Source: Deltaproteobacteria bacterium HGW-Deltaproteobacteria-4
GTDB taxonomy: Bacteria; Desulfobacterota; Desulfuromonadia; Desulfuromonadales; UBA2197
Reading direction: 5' to 3'
NCBI GenBank assembly: GCA_002841765.1
Contig: PHAV01000004.1
Span: 59,075 to 123,074 of the forward strand
Length of the DNA stretch: 64,000 bases
Shown here: piece by piece, positions 44,908-51,533 of the stretch
Layout of the letters: the number at the start of each line of letters is the position of its first letter
How positions within the stretch are numbered: the first letter of the stretch is position 1
Made by a program: the position numbers and the translations under genes
Notes under the pieces: generated by a model
Told to the model about the DNA's origin: nothing
The model's database searches: none
The model's input: only the letters and a program-made list of their open reading frames with translations

Positions 44908-47900
44908 TTATTTGATCCTGACTCTGAATTTGACGTTGAATGAGGGGTGATTGGTTCCATTTGAACCATTAAAGATGCCGATTAAGGGGATTTTTATATT
45001 GGTAACTGTCGAGTCGCAGCCGTTAATGTCCGGTGCTGTATTGCTTTTGTCGTAATTCGTGCCGCCATTGCCGGAAAAGGCGAGATTGTCAGTGGTGCTG
45101 GCCAGACTGGTAAAGGTGTAGCTGAGGCCGCTCGCAGTCGTGCCATTGTTAAAGAGGACAGGACCGATCGATGGCCCGGCACCGTCGAAGTCGTCGACAA
45201 AGAGTTCGGTGTCGGCCGGAATCGAATCGGTAATGACGGTGGTGTTGCTGTCAACTGCGCCGGCGCCAAAGTTGGTGACCTGGATGGTGTAGTCGACAAA
45301 AGCGCCGGGAATTGCTTTGGCTCCTGCTCCTTCACCATTAACCGGGTCGGAGAAGACCTGTGATGATTTGACCACCAGCAGGTTCGGCATCGGCACGATG
45401 ACGCTCAAGGCTTGCAGTGCGTAATCACTGACCGTCCCCTCGGTCCCCTCATTGGCAACGACGCGGGCGGTCCAATTTCCGGCCGGGCCGCCGGCCGGGA
45501 TGGTGTAGGGGCCGTACTGGTAGATCTTGGTGGCGGCGTTTGAATCGTAGGCTACGCTCATGGCGACCGGAGCAGGCGAACCAATCCGGGTAACACCGGA
45601 GGGGTCAGTCAAAGTCAGGGTGGCGCCGGTGATATCGTAACTGCCGAAGGGGTCACTGACCGTGGCGCGGATATAGACCGTGCTTCCGACAGTCAGCGAG
45701 GTAACGCTGCTGCCGCCAGGGTAGAGGGCAGTATGGAAGGTGATGTCGCTGTTATTGATGTTGATGACGTTTTTCGAGTTGATAGTGACCATCGACGAGT
45801 TTCCGGTCGACGGCGCTGGGTAGACGTTGATGTTGCGTCCAGTTCCGGTGCCTCCCTGGGTGTTGGTGATGTCCATGATCAGGGCGTTGCCGCTGGCACA
45901 GGTGTAATCAGTTGACGATACAGGAGTGAGGGTAAAGTCGTAGCGGACGGCGCCTCCGACGACTAAGTCGGCGCTTAGTGAGGTTGTGGCGACGCTCGTT
46001 CCGCCGCACGTCAGCGTAATCGGGATGGTATAGGTACGGTTGCTGTTGGTCGAGAGCCAGAGGGTCACCGGAATATTGCCGTTGCTGATCGTCACATCCG
46101 ACTGCAGGGCCGGGTTGAGCGTCCAACTCTGGGTAATGCTGCCGCGGGGGATCGCGACAATAGAGCCGGCTGCGGTCGGCATCGGTGTGCGCGAGAGTTT
46201 ATAGCTGGGGGTTGAGCTGTTGTTATAGAAGTAGAGGGGTTTGTTCCCGGAACCCGGTAGCGAGCCGCTATTGACGATCAGTGCTGGCGCATCGGGATTG
46301 GCGCCGATGCCGCCGGGGACGGTGACCGTGGCACTGTTGTCGATGACCGTCCCCGTCGCGGTGCCGAGGGGGATGGTGACATCGTAAATGAGCGTGACGC
46401 TGCCGCTGGCCGGGACGGTGATGTTGGTGATATACAGGTAGCCGGTACCATTACCGCCGGTACCGAAGGGGGTCGAGAGGTTGGTGGCGCCGCCCGGCAG
46501 GGGGAGAATGACACTAAAACCGCTAGTGTTGTTGGGGATGGTGTCGGTCACCGACACGTTGCTGGCGCCAACTCCGGCAGTTTCAGTCAGGGTGATAGTG
46601 TAGCGGATGACATCACCGGCCAGGGGGTCGCCGCCGCTGGTGCGGTTAATCCAGTTTTTCGTTGAGGTCGAGAGGTTAGGAATAGCGACAGTTGTGGTGT
46701 CGCTGACGTCACGGGTCTGGCTCGCCAGGCCGGTGGTATATGTGGCGCGGGTAACGACAGTGTCAATCGTTCCGTTCGTGGCGCTGCCCGGAATCGTCTC
46801 ACGCACCAGGATGCAGATATTTTCGTTGGCTTCGAGATTGACCGCCGCAGTGATATCCGATTCGCCGGCATCGAAGCTGCCGTTGCAGTTGTTGTCGCGC
46901 ACATAGGTAATCGCCGGCCAACCCCCCTGGGTACGGCTGTTTGTGGTAAACGTGACATTGCCGCGGGCTGTGGCGGTGAAGATATGCGCGTAGTAGACCG
47001 GTGTTGATGAGTTGCCGACTGCGCTTAAAGGGGTCGGTGTGAAGTTGATAGTGATCGGCGGCGGTATATCGCCGAAAATGAGATTGAAGTAGTCGGTATA
47101 GAGGGTATAGGCAAACTGCTGATATTCACCGGCAATGGTGTAAGTACTGCCGGTCGTGCCGGAGTTATAGCTGACCGAGGTGTAGCCGGCGAGATTGTTT
47201 TCATAGATACGCAGGGTGGCGCTGGCGGTGTTGGTGAAGAGGGCGAAGTTGCCGCCGGCATCGGTGGTGACGGTATCGTAGGTGGTGGTTCCGGTGCTAT
47301 TGCGCAGCGTCAACGTCACCCCGGCGATGCCGGTCTCGGCGGCATTGAGAATACCGTCATAAGCGGTGGTGATACTGCCGTTGAAGCCGTCATCCTTGAT
47401 CACTTTGCCGCTGATGCGACTGCCGTTGTAAAGGAAGAAGTTCCGGTTGGTCAGATTGGCGCCGCTGGCGACAACTCCGCTCAGGGTATAGTTGATGGGG
47501 GTGACATAGATCCAGTTGGCGCTCGGAAAGCTCGGGTCGTAGACATTGACGGTGTTGGTGGAGCTGAGAATGACGACATAATCACCGTAGCTCGGGACTC
47601 CGGAAAAAGTGTAAGTGCCGAGAGTAGTGCTGACCTGCACAGGGGCGACGACAGTGGTACTCAGGTCGCTGGCGCGAAAAAGTTTGGCATAATAGGTCTG
47701 GCCAGTGACCTGGGATTCGCCGCCGTCGCGCACGCCGTTGTGGGCGATGCCGCCGCTAAAACCGTTGTCATTGTACACCGTGCCGCTGATGCTGATCGTG
47801 CCGCTGCTGACGGTGGTGCTGACACTGGCGCTGTTGTCGGCCGGCAGATAGTCAATGATGCCGGCCGGCGGCGTCAGGGTGGCGGTGTTGACCAGGACCG

Positions 47901-49077
47901 TGCCCTGTGGGGTAGCGGCGGCGACCGTGCCGGTGATGGTATAGGTGGCAGCGCCGTTAAAGGGGAGGGTGGCCGTGGTGTTAATGTTGTTGCCGCTCCC
48001 TGCAGCGGCGCCGCAGGTTCCGCCACCGGAGCCGGCGCAGGTCCAGGTAACACCGGTTAACGCTGCCGGGACAGTATCGACGATCGGTACGTTGTTGGCG
48101 ACGGTCACCAGGTTGGGGCCGTAGTTGCGGGCGGTGACGGTATAGGTCAATGCGCCGCCGGGAGCGACGGTCGGGGCAGAAGCGGTTTTCGCGATAGCGA
48201 GATTGATGTTTATCGGTAGGTTGTCGATGGCGAGATTGCGGATTTCGTGATAGTTGGTCGAACCGCCGGTACTGGCGGCATAGCCGACCTTGACCGTGCT
48301 CGGGATCGGCCGCATGGTGTAAAGGGTGTCGACCAGATAGGTCAGGGGCTGGTTGTAGCCAAATTGCATAAAGACATCGACACGCATGTATTCCGGTGCG
48401 GCGACCGGCGTCAGGTAGATGACGACCTTGCGATACTGGCTGCTGAGTTGGCCGGGGCGAAAGGCCTGATTGTACCAGAGGGTGCCGATGTTGGCAGCCG
48501 TGCCGCCAATGTAGTAATAGGCGCCGAGGGAGTGGTCGTAGGGGCCGCGCACTGCCACTGAATTTTGCCGCTGGCCCGGACCACCCAGCCGACCTTCGGT
48601 CGGATTGGAAAAATTGCCGTACTCGTCGATACCGACACCGATATAGCCGCCACTGAGACCGGGGGAAACAGGCGCGACGGTCTTTTTATCGTAGCCAAGG
48701 GAGCCGCCCGAGGCGCCGACCTGAAAGGTTGTAGCGTTATAGGCGCCGTCAAAGAGATAAATACTGTAACCGTCGGCACCGTTGCCGCCCCAGGTGGCGT
48801 AGTCGAACTGGATGACGACTCCCTGTGAAATGTCGAAGGAGCTGTCATACATGGCAAAGCCGGATTGGTTGCCGGTCGGTTCGGTCAGACGCAGCCAGCC
48901 GTTGCCGGGGGCGTCGACACCTGTGCTGGCGGTGAGGTAGGCTGCACCGCCAATGACCCAGCCGGGGGCGGTGGCACCGGTCATTGGCTGGTCGAGGAGG
49001 GCAGCCTGACCCGGCAAAGCCAGGCCGATGGCCAGGATCAGGATTGCGATAATAATTAATGGGTTTCGATTTTTCAT
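44908..49077 (-). CDS. Secreted 1389-aa adhesin-like protein (protein E): L-type-lectin-like head + DUF11 + two SdrD-B-like modules + shared C-terminal region
   Basis: Signal peptide MKNRNPLIIIAILILAIGLALPGQA|A. Lectin-like motifs (GWLRLTEPTGNQSGFAMYD..., GADGYSIYLFDG, GGYIGVGIDEYGNFSNP). DUF11 (VAPGGALTYTVTARNYGPN). SdrD-B-like (ISGTVYNDNGFSGGIAHNGVRDGGE...GTYTFSGVPSYGDYVV; ISGKVIKDDGFNG...GNFALF). Ends FNVKFRVRIK. Confidence 0.85.
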   Translation of the reverse strand: MKNRNPLIIIAILILAIGLALPGQAALLDQPMTGATAPGWVIGGAAYLTASTGVDAPGNGWLRLTEPTGNQSGFAMYDSSFDISQGVVIQFDYATWGGNGADGYSIYLFDGAYNATTFQVGASGGSLGYDKKTVAPVSPGLSGGYIGVGIDEYGNFSNPTEGRLGGPGQRQNSVAVRGPYDHSLGAYYYIGGTAANIGTLWYNQAFRPGQLSSQYRKVVIYLTPVAAPEYMRVDVFMQFGYNQPLTYLVDTLYTMRPIPSTVKVGYAASTGGSTNYHEIRNLAIDNLPININLAIAKTASAPTVAPGGALTYTVTARNYGPNLVTVANNVPIVDTVPAALTGVTWTCAGSGGGTCGAAAGSGNNINTTATLPFNGAATYTITGTVAAATPQGTVLVNTATLTPPAGIIDYLPADNSASVSTTVSSGTISISGTVYNDNGFSGGIAHNGVRDGGESQVTGQTYYAKLFRASDLSTTVVAPVQVSTTLGTYTFSGVPSYGDYVVILSSTNTVNVYDPSFPSANWIYVTPINYTLSGVVASGANLTNRNFFLYNGSRISGKVIKDDGFNGSITTAYDGILNAAETGIAGVTLTLRNSTGTTTYDTVTTDAGGNFALFTNTASATLRIYENNLAGYTSVSYNSGTTGSTYTIAGEYQQFAYTLYTDYFNLIFGDIPPPITINFTPTPLSAVGNSSTPVYYAHIFTATARGNVTFTTNSRTQGGWPAITYVRDNNCNGSFDAGESDITAAVNLEANENICILVRETIPGSATNGTIDTVVTRATYTTGLASQTRDVSDTTTVAIPNLSTSTKNWINRTSGGDPLAGDVIRYTITLTETAGVGASNVSVTDTIPNNTSGFSVILPLPGGATNLSTPFGTGGNGTGYLYITNITVPASGSVTLIYDVTIPLGTATGTVIDNSATVTVPGGIGANPDAPALIVNSGSLPGSGNKPLYFYNNSSTPSYKLSRTPMPTAAGSIVAIPRGSITQSWTLNPALQSDVTISNGNIPVTLWLSTNSNRTYTIPITLTCGGTSVATTSLSADLVVGGAVRYDFTLTPVSSTDYTCASGNALIMDITNTQGGTGTGRNINVYPAPSTGNSSMVTINSKNVININNSDITFHTALYPGGSSVTSLTVGSTVYIRATVSDPFGSYDITGATLTLTDPSGVTRIGSPAPVAMSVAYDSNAATKIYQYGPYTIPAGGPAGNWTARVVANEGTEGTVSDYALQALSVIVPMPNLLVVKSSQVFSDPVNGEGAGAKAIPGAFVDYTIQVTNFGAGAVDSNTTVITDSIPADTELFVDDFDGAGPSIGPVLFNNGTTASGLSYTFTSLASTTDNLAFSGNGGTNYDKSNTAPDINGCDSTVTNIKIPLIGIFNGSNGTNHPSFNVKFRVRIK

Positions 49078-49170
49078 GTCATTTATGCCAAAGACTGCCC
49101 GGATAAAATGTTTATGCTTCTATCCATCTGAATTTGTAAAACTTTTGTTTCATGTTATTTGTGGAAAAAA

Positions 49171-49208
49171 CAATAAAAAACGCTCATTTTCATCCCCGAA
49201 AATGAGCG
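49171..49208 (-). terminator. Intrinsic terminator in the 5' leader of the DUF11 operon (riboswitch expression platform)
   Basis: Minus strand reads CGCUCAUUUU-CGGGGAUG-AAAAUGAGCG followed by UUUUUUAUUGUUUUUU. It lies ~95 nt upstream of ATG 49077 and ~35 nt downstream of the aptamer. Confidence 0.8.
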
Positions 49209-49244
49209 CCTGAATAACTGCTTTTTCTGCGCAGTTAGATCATT

Positions 49245-49340
49245 CACTTTGTCTTCGGTAGCCCGGCTGTCCGTTCATGAAACGGATCCTGAGCTTTGCG
49301 TCGCCGGATTACTCCGGTTTTGCTTTTATCGGAATAAGTG
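49245..49340 (-). promoter_or_regulatory. GEMM-I class cyclic-dinucleotide riboswitch aptamer (c-di-GMP-I family; A at the Vc2 G20-equivalent position suggests the Geobacter-type cGAMP-sensing GEMM-Ib variant)
   Basis: Minus strand reads CACUUAUUCCGAUAAAAGCAAAACCGGAGUAAUCCGGCGACGCAAAGCUCAGGAUCCGUUUCAUGAACGGACAGCCGGGCUACCGAAGACAAAGUG. It has GCAAAA, a CCGGA-GUAA(GNRA)-UCCGG hairpin, the ACGCAAAGC core, a second hairpin (UCCGUU/AACGGA), CAGCCGGGCUACC, and closing pairing CACUU/AAGUG. I aligned it by eye to the V. cholerae Vc2 aptamer. Confidence 0.75.
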
Positions 49341-49357
49341 AAACTAAGATTATTATA

Positions 49358-49387
49358 GTTATAGAACTTTAGACGTTAAATTGTCAA
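49358..49387 (-). promoter_or_regulatory. Candidate sigma70 promoter for the riboswitch/DUF11 operon (TTGACA-N18-TATAAC)
   Basis: Minus strand has TTGACA (49387-49382), an 18-nt spacer and TATAAC (49363-49358). The aptamer starts ~17 nt downstream of the -10. Confidence 0.5.
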
Positions 49388-49848
49388 GTCATTAGGAGCA
49401 GGTTCTGTGCCAATTCAACCTATTGTAAAATCGAGTTTCTTTGGCCTTTTCATGGGGGTGGTGAAAGCTGTGGGGCAGGGGGGTGATCGCCTTAAAAGGA
49501 GGATTATTGCGAGCTGAATGACCAAGGTAAATATCTGAAAAAAGGAGTAGAAACGTTTCAACTATCGGTACAGACACGGTTAAACCTTTGTATTGTCCGG
49601 CTTTAGCAGGATTAGGCCCGAAATACGCGGCGAGTTGTACGAAGACAAAGAGTCTTTTGTGGTCGTGAACTGGCGAGCCGTGACGTGATTTGCCGGTGCC
49701 GTCTCAGCTTGAACCGGCAAATCACGTTGACCGGTTGGTGGGCACGGATCAAGTCGCACCCCTTGAGGGAAGAGCTCCTTTGGCGCAATTTGTCGTTTGT
49801 CCCAATTTGACCTGCCATAAATTGTCATGCGCTCGACTCGCCGCAAGC

Positions 49849-50622
49849 TCAAGGCCTTTTCCCTTGTTGGAGAATCGGGATCATGGCGTCGTGAATCAAG
49901 CCGTTGCTGGCCAGGCATTCGAGTTGGAATGGAGAGAAGGGAGCACCATCGAAATTGCTGACCCGACCGCCGGCCTCGGTGACCAGCAGTATGCCGGCGG
50001 CGGTATCCCAGGGTTTGAGTTTCATCTCCCAGAAGCCGTCAAAGCGGCCGGCGGCAACGCAGGCAAGATCGAGACTGGCAGCTCCGGGGCGGCGGCAGGC
50101 CTGGGCCTTTTCCTGGAAATGGATAAAGTGGTCAAAATTGTTGGTCAGGGAGGAGGAACTGGCCGGCGCGAAACCGGTGGCGAGGAGGGCGCGATCAAGG
50201 CGGTTGATCGCGGAGACCTGCAGGGGGTGGCCATTGAGGGTTGCGCCTTGACCCTTTACCGCAACAAAGAGTTCTTCGTACATGGGGTTGTAAACGATGC
50301 CGAGGATCATCTCGCCGGCATTTTCGAGGGCGATGGAGACGGCGAACCAGGGGAAGGTGTGGGCAAAGTTGGTGGTGCCGTCGAGGGGGTCGATGATCCA
50401 GCGAAAGGGGCTGGAGGTCTGCGGGTAAGCCCCTTCTTCGGCAAGGATATTGTGCTCGGGATAGTTTGCCTGAATAACTCCGACAATCGCTGCCTCGGCT
50501 TCGCGGTCCGCTTCGGTGACGAGATCTTTGGCGCTCTTCTCTTCGATGTGCAGCCGGGTGCCGAATTTGCTGCGCAGGACTGCGCCGCCGGCGCGGGCCG
50601 CGGCCAGAGCGGTCTCTTTCAT
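49849..50622 (-). CDS. suhB: Inositol monophosphatase family protein (SuhB-like)
   Basis: Motifs AEEG, WIIDPLDGTTNF and WDTAAG. ATGA overlap with the upstream radical SAM gene. Confidence 0.9.
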   Translation of the reverse strand: MKETALAAARAGGAVLRSKFGTRLHIEEKSAKDLVTEADREAEAAIVGVIQANYPEHNILAEEGAYPQTSSPFRWIIDPLDGTTNFAHTFPWFAVSIALENAGEMILGIVYNPMYEELFVAVKGQGATLNGHPLQVSAINRLDRALLATGFAPASSSSLTNNFDHFIHFQEKAQACRRPGAASLDLACVAAGRFDGFWEMKLKPWDTAAGILLVTEAGGRVSNFDGAPFSPFQLECLASNGLIHDAMIPILQQGKRP

Positions 50623-51533
50623 GGGGAATTCCTTTTCTCCTGGTCCTCGAACCCCCGCAGATAGAGGGTCCCACAGCCACCATCGGTGTTGCTGCGCCAG
50701 CGATTGGGGCGGCGAACCGAGATGCCCTTTTCGTGTAGATAGTCGTGCCAGTGATCCATATTATCCGGATCGCTGTGAAAGTCCATCCCGACTACCGGAT
50801 TGTAGCGCAGCAGGTGCAGGGTGAAATCCGGCCAGCGTTGCATCAGCCGCTGAAGGGCGAGGAGGTCAGCTTCACGGTCATTCACACGACTGAAGAGGAG
50901 GTAGTTGATGCCGATCTTGCGGCGCTTGCGACGTGAAATCAGATGATAAATCCGGTCAATTTCAGTGCAGAGCAGCTCGAAGTCCGGCCCCTTGGGGATG
51001 AGTTGCTGGTGGATCTCTGCATCGGCGGCATGTAGCGAGATCATGACACCGTTTTCGGCGAGTTCGACCAACTCTGCGAGATGTTTTAAAACAACCCCGG
51101 TGGTGGTGACCGAGATCCCCGGTCCATTTTTCTGGCAAGCAAGCATGTAACTGCGGACATTCTCCCAGTTATGCAGGGGTTCGCCGATTCCCGAGATGGT
51201 CAGGCGCTGTGGTTCGAAGCCGTTCTGTCGCAATCGTTGAAGCTGCAAGTGCAGCTCGGCAGCGGTGAGTTGCCGCTTCAGCCCCTGGCTGCCAGAGGCA
51301 CAGAAGGGGCAGGCCAGAGCGCAGCCGGCCTGAGATGAAATACAGAGGGTGCCGGAGCCGTAATAAACCGCTTCGATAACCAGGCCGTCGTTGAGGCTGA
51401 TCGGGAATTTGAAGTTAAGGGGAGAATGCGAAGGGTTAGTTCTGATTGGACAGCCTGAGGTAGCAGTCAGCTTTGTAGAGACTGGCATCCGGTGCAAGGG
51501 GTGACGACTGGTTTTTTGTGAGAAAAAGGTCAA
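50619..51533 (-). CDS. RlmN/Cfr-family radical SAM enzyme lacking the usual N-terminal accessory domain
   Basis: TLCISSQAGCALACPFCASGSQGLKRQLTAAEL is RlmN-like, including the upstream Cys and the CxxxCxxC cluster. The C-terminal GGCGTL corresponds to the RlmN second catalytic Cys region. Start uncertain (TTG 51533 or ATG 51488), and both overlap the upstream gene by 53-98 nt. Confidence 0.7.
   Translation of the reverse strand: MTFFSQKTSRHPLHRMPVSTKLTATSGCPIRTNPSHSPLNFKFPISLNDGLVIEAVYYGSGTLCISSQAGCALACPFCASGSQGLKRQLTAAELHLQLQRLRQNGFEPQRLTISGIGEPLHNWENVRSYMLACQKNGPGISVTTTGVVLKHLAELVELAENGVMISLHAADAEIHQQLIPKGPDFELLCTEIDRIYHLISRRKRRKIGINYLLFSRVNDREADLLALQRLMQRWPDFTLHLLRYNPVVGMDFHSDPDNMDHWHDYLHEKGISVRRPNRWRSNTDGGCGTLYLRGFEDQEKRNSP

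Noticed and set aside
41935-44969. N-terminal extensions are suggested by the longest-ORF track. Examples are 43809-44969, 41935-43257, 24085-25272, 25800-26468, 16802-18460 and 59883-63041.
   Set aside because: In each case an internal ATG preceded by a Shine-Dalgarno sequence yields a canonical signal peptide or the conserved family N-terminus. The extension overlaps the upstream gene or an intergenic region.
49397-49413. A sigma54-like element, TGGCAC-AGAAC-CTGCT, lies on the minus strand just upstream of the -35 of the riboswitch promoter.
   Set aside because: The match is good (one mismatch in the -12 region), but it abuts a near-consensus sigma70 promoter that is correctly spaced for the aptamer. 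No enhancer-binding-protein gene or upstream activator sequence is evident. I keep it as an alternative rather than a call. 5'-RACE or RpoN ChIP would decide.
49028-49577. Small ORFs in the operon leader: 49028-49213(+), 61 aa, and 49392-49577(-), 61 aa.
   Set aside because: They overlap the start codon region, terminator hairpin or promoter of the riboswitch leader. They have no RBS and their composition is hydrophobic or low-complexity, so they are chance ORFs in AT-richer DNA.
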